A stretch of 64,000 nucleotides of DNA, taken from NCBI RefSeq assembly GCF_037042905.1, contig NC_087263.1, forward strand, positions 8,930,001 through 8,994,000. The letters run 5' to 3'. Made by a program: the position numbers and the translations under genes. Each line of letters opens with the position of its first letter. Position 1 is the stretch's first letter. The stretch comes from Lytechinus pictus. Lineage: Eukaryota. This document shows positions 1 through 13,159 of the stretch, one piece after another. The notes under the pieces are model-generated. The model searched no databases. It had not been told where the DNA came from and saw only the letters and a program-made list of their open reading frames with translations.

Positions 1-177
1 CATGCTGTACTGCAACTAAAGGCTTGCAGTTCTCCGGTGAACGGAGGAATTCAACACAGAAGAAGAAGAAGGTCCGAACCGACTGGCGCCTATAATCTGG
101 AGAGATGGAAGAGCGCCATCATCGTCAACAACTCCTACTACTACTACTTTATCCCGGCATCTTATTACATTGTCTGA
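1..177 (+). CDS. Possible terminal coding exon of an unidentified gene running in from the window edge
   Basis: Frame 1 is open from base 1 to TGA at 175-177 (…HRRRRRSEPTGAYNLERWKSAIIVNNSYYYYFIPASYYIV*). It is GC-richer than the sequence that follows. I recognise no domain. Confidence 0.25.
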   Translation, partial: HAVLQLKACSSPVNGGIQHRRRRRSEPTGAYNLERWKSAIIVNNSYYYYFIPASYYIV

Positions 178-1379
178 AGGAAAGGATTGTAACCATGTAT
201 TAGAGCCAATTCATGCTAAGCATGTTTATATTTTATGGGGGAAAAAACAGTAAAACTTGATAAAACTATAATACTTTGCTTCTTTTTACGGAAATGTTTA
301 TTAAAACTTATTGACACTGTGATATGCATTTTTAAGGAAACATTTAGTAAATTATGTTGAACACTTTAATATTTTGTTCTTTTTATTTAGTATATACTTT
401 CGATAAGAATGTTTTTAACTGGAAGCAACACTTTATAATCGCATCTTTTTCTCTGCCTCCTTCATAACCAATCCGTTGTATAATTATATCGTATTTGTTG
501 TACGTAATTGTTTCAAAAGATGTTTTATCGTTCACTCATATTTCAAAATGTACAACAGAAAAAGACTTCTACAATTGTTGGAAATGAAAATAAACGAGTG
601 GAATTTTTTTTTAAATGTGTTTCTTATTGAGCAGGCGAAGGTCGTCAAAGTGCGCAAAATTGACAAAAAAAATCGAAAACACGGGCGTTGCCTTAGCGGT
701 GCACCGCTGCAGCCGGCGTTGCTTTAGCGTTGGTTTAACGGTAGCGAGCGTTGGTTTTAGCGGTGAAACCTCCATACCAACGCCAAACCAAAGTTCACCA
801 CCGCAATGGATCGCTGCTTCAACTCCCGACACCGTTCCAGCAATCCCGTGTACGCTCGTAAAACGCATAACTCTACCAAAGTTTGTGCAACGGTTAATCA
901 CCGCAGCGGTGGTCCAGCTTTCAAGATTTTCTGCGTCCACAAACTTGCGTCGAGTGGTGCCAAACTTTGACTGGGCGTTATTGGAGCGGGGATGAACTTT
1001 GCGGGAGCGGAACATCGCCCGCTCCTCACAGCTCGCAATATTTTGTGCAGCTCAAAACTTTCGGAGCGGTAGGACGGACCATCAGCGGTGGCCGAGCATA
1101 TACGGCCAACTTTTATTAAACGGTGGTGATAGGCAACGAGCGGTGAGGAATTTTGTTTCGCCGCTCCAGCAAAGTTCCGTGACCACTACTTTACCGAATT
1201 TTATTCTTCTGATCCGCATTCAATTCCTATCATTTAAGAGTGGTTTCATGACCTCATCTAACGTTTGAACTTTCAACACGTCCAGTTACGATATTGATGT
1301 TTGATGTCATCCAGCGATTGGCTTGGGACATGAATAAAACGAATCGTCATACTTAAAATCGGTTTCATGACATTTGCTA

Positions 1380-1622
1380 CACTGCAAAAACTCCGGTGTT
1401 GATTTAACACCAGCTCTGAATCTATATATGTCCACACCAGAGAAGTGTTAAACAACACCAGTTTCGTTTTGGACTAACACCAGAAAGGTGTTTATACAAC
1501 ATCAATTAGTATTAAAACAACATAGGTTTGATTCCAAACTGGTGTTGTTTCAGTACCTCTCTGGTGTGGACATAATATAGATTCCGGGTTGGTGTTAAAT
1601 CAACACCGGAGTTTTTGCAGTG
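1380..1622. mobile_element. CACTG-terminated palindromic MITE (CMC/EnSpm-like)
   Basis: TIR CACTGCAAAAACTCCGGTGTTGATTTAACACC and its reverse complement at the right end. TA flanks both sides. Confidence 0.85.
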
Positions 1623-1668
1623 TACGGCGACACGTTAAGCCAAACACAAATCCTAACCATGCTAACCA

Positions 1669-1920
1669 CACTCTAAAAAATATTGGGTAAAAATGCTCCA
1701 TGAGGGTAATTATGTGTCCGACCAACATTGGGCATTTCTATTGGGCATTTTTATTTATCCAATGTGATGAAAATTTTGCCCACTCTTAAGTAATTGCTGC
1801 TTTTTTTTTTACCTTACTGGACAATTTGCTTCCCGCATGGGTAAAATATTTCCCCAAATTGGTTGGACACATAATTACCCTCGTGGTGGTAAAAACTTTA
1901 CCCAATATTTTTTTACAGTT
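1669..1920. mobile_element. CACT-terminated MITE, copy 1
   Basis: Ends CACTCTAAAAAATATTGGGTAAA and TTTACCCAATATTTTTTTACAGTT, with a 2-bp CA duplication. Same family as 13160-13409 in the opposite orientation. Confidence 0.8.
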
Positions 1921-4189
1921 CACCAAAACTAAATAAACCCTAATCCTAATCTTCACAATATTCCTAACCAAAAACTATACTGCAAACCTAGTCTTATGCC
2001 CTCTGAGATATTAAGACAGGAGCATATGTCGTGTCACCTTACACCAGTCAAAGCCTTTTCGGGATCGTACATCCATTTTCTTTATTATTTCACTTATTTG
2101 TTTATTTATTTACTTATTTATTTATTTAATTATCAATAAATGTTGTATTCATTTATATATATTATTTATTTATTCATTTATTTATTTATTTATTTATTTA
2201 GTCTATTTATTTTGGGGGTAGTGCAAATTATGAAAGCTTGAAGCCATATACCAATGCAGGGGTATTAATGAGTAGCATAATGAGCCAAAAAAGGGGGGCT
2301 GGTATTTTGGTTGGAGCAACAAACAGGTGCAAGCGAGTAAAATGTTTATCTTTTTTTAGACCTATAATTTTTTTTTTTTTTAGATTTGGCATATTAAAAA
2401 AATAACACATAGTTTTTCCCCCTTTCCTTCTCTTTCTCTTTCTCCTAATTTATTTTTGGGGGTGGGGTTAAAAGTTTTCTGGGAGGTACATATCCCTAAA
2501 CGCCTCCAACCATCTCTATAAATGCCAGTTACATTAGTAAATCATGAGTATGACGTCATCAGTGTTTGATGTGATAGGTAACAATGTGTTTTGAATTGCG
2601 AAGCAAATGTACTTTGGTTGCAGTACGGCATCGATCTCATCAAAGAAGTACCCGTATGTTGTAAGAACCAGAGGACTTCAAGTCATTTCGATTGCTCGGT
2701 CGTCTGATTTCAATATTCGATTTTGAGGATTTACAAATGGTAAGATTCCGATGAATGAAGAGCTGCGTTTTACGTGCACTCAAGTTTTGTTACGATCACT
2801 GAGAGAAGAAAAAACTTAATCTCCTTATACTTTCACCTTTTGGCAGTAAAGTAAAGATAGAAGCAAATGTAAAGTAGTATTAATAGTGGAAGAACTACCA
2901 TTTTAATAATTGCCATATAATGTTCTGTTGGAATTGGCATTTCTTGCTGTATTTTTAACGTTTTAATCCGGTTGAGAAAGAGGTGTAGAATATTTCATAA
3001 TACACCAAAAAAGAAAGTACACTCCGACATCCACTAGGAAAGAAATGTTGAAACTGTCATAACGCTAACCCTAACAAAAATACACACCAACCGTTGTTAT
3101 TTGCTGTTATTTAACCGGGAACATTTTTATAGGGCATTGCGCTATGTACAATTTTGAAATGAATTGATTTTATACAAATTATGAAAATCTGTTTCTGATT
3201 ATGGTGCTATAGGGAGATTGAAAAAAATACCTCATTATTCTTTTCATTATTTATCAAACTCTAATTGTATCTCATTTAATATAATTGGAATATTGTATGG
3301 GAGGATTTTCCTCAACACATCTCAATATATTTTTTCTGTTCCAGAATCGAGCAATACGTATCATTTTAGACTCACTCCCTTTTCACAAACCGATCAGCCG
3401 ATCAGACCTATATTTTTCAAACTTATACAAATGAAAATTCAGGATATTTATGAATAGCAAGTTGCCATCTCTATGTTTTCCATGCACTCACACAGTTTAT
3501 TACCTAAGTTTTTAAACAACTGTTCTCAACTCTTCCTTACACAACCAGTCCGTCAAACCGTAATCGCGTCCCTAATTTTTAACTATGAGTTTTCTCGTCC
3601 CACAATTATTTTAATTGAAATTTAAACTTGTTTTCCATAATTCCACTTTGGCGAGTTAACATCGCGAGTTATGGCGAGTTATAGCGAGTTGCCAAAATGA
3701 GGCACTCGCGCTAACTCGCATAAAGCTCACCATGAAACTCGGGATAACTCGCGACAACTCGGCATGGCTCGGCGGAGCTCGTTTAAGCTCGGGACAACTC
3801 TCCTTGAAGTCGTGAGCAGTTTCAAAATTTTTGAACATGTTCAAAAATTTTGCTTACTCGCTGTAACTCGTGCTGAACTCACCTAAACTCGTTATATACT
3901 CTCAGTACTCGCAATAACTCGTAAGAAGTTCGAGATAAACTCGCAATAACTCGTAATAACTCGCCACATCTGAGTATACGCGAGTGCGTTCCGAGTTTTC
4001 AAGAGCGAGATACGAGCATTGCGATCGTTTTACGAGTCAAGTGGAGGTGCCCACGAGATTAGCGTGACTTTAGATCGAGCACCCGAGTTACAGCGAGTTT
4101 CGTATGAGTTTATTCCGAGTGCGTTGCAAGTGCTCAGAGGCATGCCAGCTGAATGATAAATGTCCAGTGATCTATATTTTCCCCACATA

Positions 4190-5299
4190 TAAACCCCTCA
4201 AAAAAAGTTTGGAAATCTGAGTTTGGCCATTAATTTCTTCCAATTCCAAAATTTACACATTGCATTGTGACATCATTTAAAATGTCATTCAATTTTCTTT
4301 AAAATGCTACAATGCTTGTTATGATCATGCCATCACGAAAGAGCAGGATTCAAAAGTGCTGGATGAAGTCTGAATTGAAAAGCTGCAAAACGAGCAAAAA
4401 AGTTTGGAAATCTGAGTTTGGCCATTAATTTCTCCCGACTCCAAATTTTACACAATGCATATTTGATATCTTTCAAAGGATCATTTGATTCTCTTTAAAA
4501 TGATCACATGCTTGTTATGATCATGCCATCAAAAAAGAGCAAAATTGAAAAGTGTTGGATGAAGTCTGAAGTGAAAAGCTGCAAAACGAGCAGAAATAAT
4601 CATGAAGGGTATACAGAACATGATTGTTTTGTCTGAGTCAATAAAGATGAAAATCCATTCAAATCAAACCTCTGCTTTTTCATTTTATAATGTTTTGTTG
4701 TGGTTTATGTTTGTTTGTTGTGTGTTTGCTTGTGGAGAGGTCTGTATGATTCCATTTGAATGTTGATGTTAAGGTGCATGAAAACAATTGCTGAGAATCT
4801 CACTCATCATCATGGAAGAAAAAAAAACAGTGACTTTCAATATTGTATCATTTTGCAACTTTTGAATTTTGATCTTGCCCCACATTTCAAGGCACTGCAC
4901 CTCCATGTGAGCCAAAATCATATCATGGAAAGTATCATTTTAAAGAAAATAAAATGATCTATTCATTGATATTAATTTAACATTGATATTTACTAAAACC
5001 GAGGCGGGATTATCGATCAAACTCAAAAGAAACCGCTTAAAAAACCTTTTCATCACCACGGAAAAAGGAACAGTGACTTTCAATATTGTGTCACTTTGCA
5101 ACTTAATTGTGAATTTTGACCTTGCTCCACATTTCACGGCACTGCACCTCCATGTGAACCATAATCATATCATATAGGGTATCATTTTAAAGAAAGTTAA
5201 ATGATCTATTCATTGATATTAATAACCATTGATATTTACTAAAACCGAGGAGGGAGTTTTGATTAAAGTCGGATTTCCAAACTTTTTTTGAGGAGTTTA
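4190..5299. mobile_element. Nested TIR element (Tc1/mariner-like, non-autonomous)
   Basis: TIR TAAACCCCTCAAAAAAAGTTTGGAAATC and GATTTCCAAACTTTTTTTGAGGAGTTTA, with internal ~200-bp direct repeats. Confidence 0.7.
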
Positions 5300-5579
5300 T
5301 TTTAAAGTGAGAGCTCATTTTAACTGACCCACGCAATGTACACGTACTTTTAAAAAGGCTGTTGCCACTGCATTATTACAACTTTCAAGAAATAAGGAGA
5401 GAAATATGCCTCGATCAAAAAGATCCAAGAGTTGTGGCCATTCAGGTAGGGAAACAGCGAAAGAAGATGACATTCAAACAAGGGTAGAAGAAGTGCAGGA
5501 AGAGACAATTGAAACGGAAGAGGAGGTCAATGACGAGCAGAGCCAAGGTAAAAGAACAAGACATCAAACTAGACAAGGT

Positions 5580-6555
5580 CCAAGTGGAGCGCCTCTGGCA
5601 GTCTAACCTGCATCACGCTATCCAATATAGTAGCAGTGCTGACTTTGAAAACTACTGTAAAATAATTATTCACAAAAACACAATTCATACAATGATACAA
5701 TACTACGTTCATTGACAATAAATGACATTTGACCTTGATCATGTGACCTAAGACTTGTCAGTGATACTTGATTACCCCTATATCCACATTTTATAAACTG
5801 TATCTAAACTTTGAAAGTTATGACAGCAATAAAGTATTAATCTCCAAAATGGCCAAAGTTCAATAACCTTAAAAGACCTTTGACTTTGGTCATGTGACCT
5901 GAAACTGGCATGAGATTTTCGGTGTTACTTGACTACTCTAATATCAAAGTTGATGAATCATATCCATAAGCTTTCAAAGTTATGATGGTAATTCAACAAA
6001 ACCCCCAACATGGCCAAAGTTCATTGACCTTAAATGACCTTTTACCTTCGTCATGTGACCTGAAAATCGCACAGGATGTTTAGTGATACCTGATTACTAT
6101 TATGTTCAAGTTTCATGAATCAGATTCATAAACTTTCAAAGTTATAATGTTAATTTAACAAATACCCCAATCGGCCAAAGTCCATTGACCCTAATTGACC
6201 TTTGACCTTAGTCATGTGACTTGAAACTCAAGCAGGATGTTTATATACTTTAATAACCTTATGTCCACGTTTCATGAACTAGGTTCATATATTTTCTAAG
6301 TTATGATGACATTTCAAAAACTTAACCGTAGGTTAAGATTTTGATGTTGATTCCCTAAACATGGTCTAAGTTCATTGACCATAAATGACCTCTGACCTTG
6401 GTCTTGTGACCTGAAACTCAAGAAAGATGTTTAGTAATGCTTGATAAACCTTATGGTCAAGTTTCATGAACTAGGTCCATATACTTTCTAAGTTATGATG
6501 CCATTTCAAAAACTTAACCTTCGGTTAAGATTTGGTGTTGACGCCGCCGCCGGCA
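5580..6555 (+). mobile_element. Helentron-like non-autonomous element with an internal ~120-bp tandem array
   Basis: Starts CAAGTGGAGCGCCTCTGGCAGTCT. The repeated unit contains TGACCTTTGACCTTGGTCATGTGACCTGAAACT. Ends in a (GCC)n tract. The Helentron assignment comes from architecture only. Confidence 0.55.
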
Positions 6556-6883
6556 TCCATCTTTGAGTGCCAAAAATGTGCATATCCCGCCCCTTGGTCG
6601 AATGAAACTCTTATCACTCGTAACAAAATCTTTATAACTCGTTCATAGCTCGCTTTAAGTCGTATAAAGGTCACCGCAACTCGTACTAAGCTCGGCCTGA
6701 CTCGTTTCGCGCTCGGTTCACTCGTACAGCGAGCGTAGTGAACTCGATGTTAAGTCTTTTGTCACTGAAGCAAATTCCAGGAAAAAATGTAAATTTCGCG
6801 CGAGCTTGTGCGAGCTAAGGCGAGTTAGAGCTCGCGTATGACTCGCAACTCCAACTCGCCAAAGTGGAATCCTTGCTTACGAT

Positions 6884-7231
6884 CACTAGCGTACCTACGG
6901 GGGGAGCAGGGGGGCAGTCTGCCCCCCCCCCCTGACGAGCCACAACCCATGCAAAGGACGTATCCCTGCCACCTGACGAGCTTGAAAGACGTTTTTTGCC
7001 CCCCCCCCCCTGACGAGCTTGAAGACCTTTATTGCCCCCACCCCCCCCCCCCCCCCCCGACGAGTTTGAAGACCTTTTTTTTTTTTTTTTTTTTTTTGTC
7101 AATTTTTTTTCTGGTACGAAATCCTTCAATTGTGATTGAAAACCTTTTTTTTTTTTTTTGGCTTGTCAATTTTTTTGGCGGACGGTTTTGCCCCCCCCCC
7201 CCCCCTGTGGAAAATCCTAGGTACGCCACTG
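6884..7231. mobile_element. hAT-like MITE with poly-C and poly-T tracts
   Basis: Ends CACTAGCGTACCTA and TAGGTACGCCACTG. Perfect 8-bp TSD CTTACGAT at 6876-6883 and 7232-7239. Confidence 0.85.
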
Positions 7232-7262
7232 CTTACGATCCTTATCATCTAAAATTATTTTC

Positions 7263-8235
7263 GAGTTTCAGGTCACAAGACCAAGGTCAGAGGTCATTTA
7301 TGGTCAATGAACGTAGACCATGTTTAGGGAATCAACATCAAAGTCTTAACCTACGGTTAAGTTTTTGAAATGTCATCATAACTTAGAAAATATATGAACC
7401 TAGTTCATGAAACGTGGACATAAGGTTATTAAAGTATATAAACATCCTGCTTGAGTTTCAAGTCACATGACTAAGGTCAATTAGGGTCAATGGACTTTGG
7501 CCAATTGGGGTATTTGTTAAATTAACATTATAACTTTGAAAGTTTATGAATCTGATTCATGAAACTTGAACATAAGAGTAATCAGGTATCACTAAACATC
7601 CTGTGCGGATATCAGGTCACATGTCCAAGGTCAAAGGTCAATGAACTTTAGTGATGTTCGGGTGATCTGTTGAATTACCATCATAACTTTAAAAGTTTAT
7701 AGATCTGATTCATGAATCTTAGATATAAGAGTAATCAAGTATTCCTGAACATCCTGTGCGAGTTTCAGGTCACATGACGAAGGTCAAAGGTCATTTATGG
7801 TCAATAAACTTTGGCCATGTTGGGGGTATTTGTTGAATTACCATCATAACTTTGAAAGCTTATGGATATGATTCATCAACTTGGATATTAGAGTAGTCAA
7901 GTATCACCGAACATTTCATGCCAGTTTCAGGTCACATGACCAAAGTCAAAGGTCATTTAAGGTTATTGAACTTTGGCCATTTTGGAGATTAATACTATAT
8001 TACTGTCATAACTTTCAAAGTTTAGATACAGTTTATAAAATGTGGATATAGGGGTAATCTAGTATCACTGACAAGTCTTAGGTCAAATGATAAAGGTCAA
8101 ATGTCATTTATTGTAAATGAACGTAGTATTGTATCAATGTATGAATGGTGTTTTTGTGAATAATTATTTTACAATAGTTTTCAGAGTCAGCACTACTTCT
8201 ATATTGGGTAGCGTGATGCAGAGGCGCTCCACTTG
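7263..8235 (-). mobile_element. Helentron-like element, mirror copy with extra repeat units
   Basis: Reverse complement of 5580-6419, with additional array sequence around 7600-7760. Confidence 0.55.
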
Positions 8236-8519
8236 GACCTTAATTGTCCAGTTTGATGTCTTGTTTTTTTACCTTGGCTCTGCTCGTCATTGACCTCCTC
8301 TTCCGTTTCAATTGTCTCTTCCTGCACTTCTTCTACCCTTGTTTGAATGTCATCTTCTTTCGCTGTTTCCCTATCTGAATGGCCACAACTCTTGGATCTT
8401 TTGGATCGAGGCATATTTCTCTCCTTATTTGTTGAAAGTTGTAATAATGCAGTGGAAACAGCCTTTTTAAAAGTACGTGTACATTGCGTGGGTCAGTTAA
8501 AATGTGCTCTCACTTTAAA

Positions 8520-9619
8520 ATAACTCCTCAAAAAAAGTTTGGAAATCCGACTTTAATCAAAACTCCCTCCTCAGTTTTAGTAAATATCAATTGTTATTAA
8601 TATCAATGAATAGATCATTTAAGTGTCTTTAAATGATACCCTACATGATATGATTATGGTTCACATGGAGGTGCAGTGCCTTGAAATGTAGGGCAAGGTC
8701 AAAAATCAAAATTAAGTTGCAAAGAGACACAGTATTGAAAGTCACTGTTCCTTTGATGAGTGAGTATTTTAAGCGGTTTCTTTTGAGTTTGATCGGTAAT
8801 CCCGCCTCGGTTTTAGTAAATATCAAGTTGAATTAATATCAATGAATAGATCATTTAAGTGTCTTTAAATGATACCCTACATGATATGATTATGGCTCAC
8901 ATGGAGGTGCAGTGCCTTGAAATGCGGGGCAAGGTCAAAATTCAAAATTTGCAAAATGACACAATATTGAAAGTCACTGTTCTTTTCTTCCATGATGATG
9001 AGTGAGATTCTCAGCAATTGTTTTCATGCACCTTAATATCAACATTCAAATGGAATCAAACACACCTCTGCACAAGCAAACACACAACAAACAAACATAA
9101 ACCACATTAAAACATTATGAAATGAAAAAGCAGGGGTTTGATTTGAATGGATTTTCATCTTTATTGACACAGACAAAAACATCATGTTCTGTATTGACCC
9201 TTCATGATTACTTATGCTCGTTTTGCAGCTTTTTACTTGAGACCTCATCCAACACTTATTAATTTTGTTCTTTTTTTGATGGCATGATCATAACAAGCAT
9301 GGGATCATTTAAAAGAGAATCAAATGATCTTTTGAAAGATATCAAATATGCATTGTGTAAAATTCGGAGTCGGGATAAATTAATGGCCAAACTCAGATTT
9401 CCAAACTTTTTTGCTCGTTTTGCAGCTTTTCAATTCAGACTTTATCCAACACTTTTGAATCCTGCTCTTTTCGTGATGGCATGATCATAACAAGCATGGT
9501 ATCATTGTAAAGGAAATTGAATGACCTTTTAAATGATGTCAAATGTGCAATGTGTAAATTTTGGAGTTGGGAGAAATTAATGGCCAAACTCAGATTCCAA
9601 ACTTTTTTTGAGGGGTTTA
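8520..9619. mobile_element. Nested TIR element, mirror copy of 4190-5299
   Basis: Same TIRs and same flanks, inverted. Confidence 0.7.
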
Positions 9620-10179
9620 TATGTGGGGAAAATATAGATCACTGGACATTTATCATTCAGCTGGCATGCCTCTGAGCTATTGCAACGCACTCGGAATAAA
9701 CTCATACGAAACTCGCTGTAACTCGGGGTGCTCGATCTAAAGTCGCGCTAATCTCGTGGGCACCTCCATTTGACTCGTAAAACGATCGCAATGCTCGTAT
9801 ATCGCTCTTGAAAACTCGGAACGCACTCGCGTATACTCAGATGTGGCGAGTTATTACGAGATATTGTGAGTTTATCTCGAGCTTCTTACGAGTTATTGCG
9901 AGTGCTGCGAGTATATAACGAGTTTAGGTGAGTTCAGCACGAGTTACAGCGAGTTAGCAAAATTTTTGAACATGTTCAAAAATTTTGAAACAGCTCACGA
10001 CTTCAAGGAGAGTTGTCCCGAGCTTGAACGAGCTCCGCCGAGCTCTGCCGAGTTGTCGCGAGTTATCCCGAGTTTCATGGTGAGCTTTATGCGAGTTATC
10101 GCGAGTGCCTCATTTTGGCAACTCGCTATAACTCGCCATAACTCGCGATGTTAACTCGCCAAAGTGGAAACCTTGCTAT

Positions 10180-10445
10180 TAAATTCCAGTTGCTAAGAAA
10201 TCATGCGAAGAACTCGCTTTTGCTTATGCAGGGCCTAACCTGTGGAATTCTCTTCCACAGAGTTTGACTGTGTGAGACTCAAGTGAACACATTCAAGGGC
10301 AACCTGAAAACATCAATATTGTTCAGACATTATGTAAATAGCTTTTGTTGTTGTTCTGCTCTGAAGCGCCTTGAGCATCTAATCAAGATGGAAAGTGCAT
10401 TATACAAATCTCATGTATCATTATTATCATCATTATTATTATTAT
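10180..10445 (+). mobile_element. L2-clade LINE 3' end fragment
   Basis: Degenerate LWNSLP…FK..LKT coding end, then an AAGCGCCTTGAG stem-loop region and a (TTA)n tail. Confidence 0.7.
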
Positions 10446-11077
10446 CCCTGTATCAAAAGTTTCCTACAGTAACTATGTTTAAAACGAAATATGTAAGTCA
10501 TCTGATCGATTTCTATATGTTAGTATATATTGTTATCCATTGATACTGTTACATATATGATTGTGCGATTTTGATGTAATATTTGTTTAGTGAATACGGG
10601 AAAATAAATGAACTGAATGGAATTTTTTAAAGACGTTTTTACTCTTCCAGTGTCAGAAACATATTTTTCATGTGCAATGAAAAGAGTTTACTACGATTGA
10701 TGTTTTTCGTACTGATATTGGCATATATACATGTATGAATACACACATACGTGTATGTATGAAACATAAACTCAAGTCATCTAACCTCAACTGTCCTATA
10801 TTTAGGGTTATATTTTCGTACCTGGAATTTTTTCGATCCCAAACTGATTTTGCGTGCTATGTACATGCCATACAGACAGTCTTATTCTCTAATTTAAATG
10901 ACTGCATAAATGAATAACAGTAATGTAATAAACAACTTCTACCTTTCTACCTTTGGAGCTGTTCTTCGTATCATGTCACTTTTCTTTCTTGTCTTTTATA
11001 TGGAATAACCACCATCAATTATATTTCAACATTGATAAATATTACGAGCAGAGTACATGTGAAATGTGTCTTAGATG

Positions 11078-11355
11078 CAGGGGCGGATCCAGGATTTTCC
11101 AAAAGGGGGACAAATTTTTCGGAGGAAAATTTTGACAAGCCAAAAAAAAAAAAGATTTTCAACCACAAATTAAGGATATTTCGTACCTGAAAAAATTTGA
11201 CAAGCAAAAAAAAAGGTCTTCAATTTCAAAAAAGGGGGCACACCTCGGTTTCAATAATTTTACATTACAAATTTTAATTTGTCTTCTCAAAAGGGGGGCA
11301 CGTGCCCCCTGTGCCATCACCACCCCCCCCCCCCCCCCCCCTGGATCCGCGCCTG
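11078..11355. mobile_element. CAGGGGCGGATCCAG MITE (hAT-like)
   Basis: TIR CAGGGGCGGATCCAG and CTGGATCCGCGCCTG. TTAGATG is duplicated on both sides. Confidence 0.85.
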
Positions 11356-11416
11356 TTAGATGTAATCTGGATTCAACTTGACCTGGAGTTGTCGTTATTG
11401 AAAAATAAATGACCTG

Positions 11417-11572
11417 GGCTCCGTAACACAAAGACTAGCGATCAATCGCTAGATGAACTAACCAATCAAGATCAACATTACACGCGCATTTGGCGCAAAA
11501 TACTGACCAGGAGCCAATCAGAAGTGTTCTCTCATATGTGTTATTCATCGCTAATCTTCGCGTTCGGGAGCC
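11417..11572. mobile_element. Small Harbinger-like MITE
   Basis: Ends GGCTCCGTAACAC and GCGTTCGGGAGCC, with CTG/CAG flanks. The empty site GACCTGGAATT is present in the paralogous copy near 12993. Confidence 0.7.
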
Positions 11573-12355
11573 CAGGAATTATCAAGGAGTTCAAGGAGTT
11601 GGAGGGTGTACATTTGATATGCTTACTATCTTGTAGATACCTGTATAAATGTTTTAAATCATATAAAGGTGAAAATTAAAACAGTAGCTTAATCTTGAGT
11701 TTAAAAACCTTGATTAGTCTGCTTATATTACTAATTACATACTCCTTATGAACACTTTGAAATTCTAGATTTGAAATTGAAAACACGTACGTGGCACTTT
11801 TGAGAGTATAAATTCCTGTCTGTAATCCCCAAAATACAAGGAAGGGTTGAACAAAGATGTTGTACACGGATTTGTATAAAAAGATTATTAAAAACTAAGA
11901 GTAGGTCCAATCTTAGCTTAAAGATTTCCGTAAGATTCGAAATCACATTACGAAACTGATCCGTAAAAGTAAGAAGGAATAATTCAGTCAGGTTTTCAAT
12001 GAATATACTCACGACTCTAAAAAAGATTTGGCGTGAGTTAAACAGAGTGAACACTCAAATTGTTCATAATTGTCTGGGAATGATAACTGAAGAATTATGA
12101 AGCATTTTTCTTCATTATGAAAACAACAGGAAACAAAATGGTAAACATCAATTATATATACAATATAAACAGATTTATTTTTTTTTCATTTTTGGCTCCC
12201 ATAATTCTAGCACAGATTTAGACCGTGATCTAAGTTAAACCCGACTTAAAAATACGAGCCGTTAACTTCAAGTCAACTATCTGCATTCACCGATAACTCC
12301 AGGTAAATTATTTGATATATTACGCATGTTACGAGTACATGAGAGATGAGTCCTG

Positions 12356-12600
12356 GGGCCTTTACACACGTGAATCTTGAATCATCATTGTAATGATTGC
12401 AATTCATCTTTAGAATCATCGGACCTTTCACACGCTCACTCTAAAACTGGGATTCGAATTCGAATTCCCGAGCGAAGGCGGTATGTGTCCTTGGTGACTT
12501 GTCAATCAAAGCACTGCATCGATACGATGAGTGCATGACAATTGTATCTACGGAATGCCTTGAAAGGACACGTAAGCTCCCCCCCCCAAAAAAAAAAAAA

Positions 12601-12646
<46 letters not shown>

Positions 12647-12933
12647 TAATAATATTAATAATAATAATAATAATGATAATAATAATAATGTTAAAAATAA
12701 AATAAAATGAAATAGATAGAACAAAAATTAAATTAATGTTTTGGAGGTCAAGCCTTTCACACGTAAAATTCGTACCGTAATTCAATTGAAACTGAACTGC
12801 AGTTCACCTCCGTAGTAGAATTTCAATTCGTGATTGTGATAAGCGTTTGTGATTCTAGTTTGGTTTCACACGTGCTAAAAATTCGTCATTAGCCCTACTC
12901 AAATTCTGATTTTTTTACCATGTGAAAGGGCGG
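12356..12933. mobile_element. Harbinger-like MITE containing a compound microsatellite
   Basis: Ends GGCCTTTACACACG and CATGTGAAAGGGC, with repeated TTTCACACG motifs. A C/A/(TA)/(TAA) run lies at 12588-12690. The element is absent from the paralogous copy. Confidence 0.55.
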
Positions 12934-13159
12934 TTAGATGTAATGGAAAATCTGAATTCAACTTGACCTGGAGTTGTAATTGAAAAATAATTGACCTGGA
13001 ATTATCACGGAGTTCAAGGAGTTGGAGGGTGTCGACTTGATATTCTTAATATCTTTATACCTGCATGAATATTTAAAAATATATAAAGGTGAAACATAAA
13101 ACCGTAAACTTAACTTGAGTTTATAAACTTTGATCAGTCTGCTCTTATATTACTAACTG

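Larger units (their letters stand above)
3641..6877 (+). mobile_element. Composite non-autonomous DNA transposon (PIF/Harbinger-like), copy A
   Basis: Termini TTCCACTTTGGCGAGTT and AACTCGCCAAAGTGGAATCCTTGCT, with CTCG/CGAG-rich subterminal repeats. Carries nested insertions. Confidence 0.75.
7263..10177 (-). mobile_element. Composite Harbinger-like element, copy B (inverted, truncated)
   Basis: Reverse complement of 3641-6419 with scattered substitutions and repeat-number differences. Ends AACTCGCCAAAGTGGAAACCTTGCT. Confidence 0.8.

Noticed and set aside
611..1268. Overlapping 89-134-aa ORFs in a GC-richer patch
   Set aside because: No recognisable domain, ORFs on both strands and recurring AGCGGT/ACCGCT motifs suggest a non-autonomous transposon interior. 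I could not define its ends.
6815..7368. Pro/Gly/Lys/Phe-rich ORFs
   Set aside because: They result from homopolymer tracts within the hAT-like MITE.
12441..12785. Poly-Ile ORFs
   Set aside because: Translation of a (TAA)n microsatellite.
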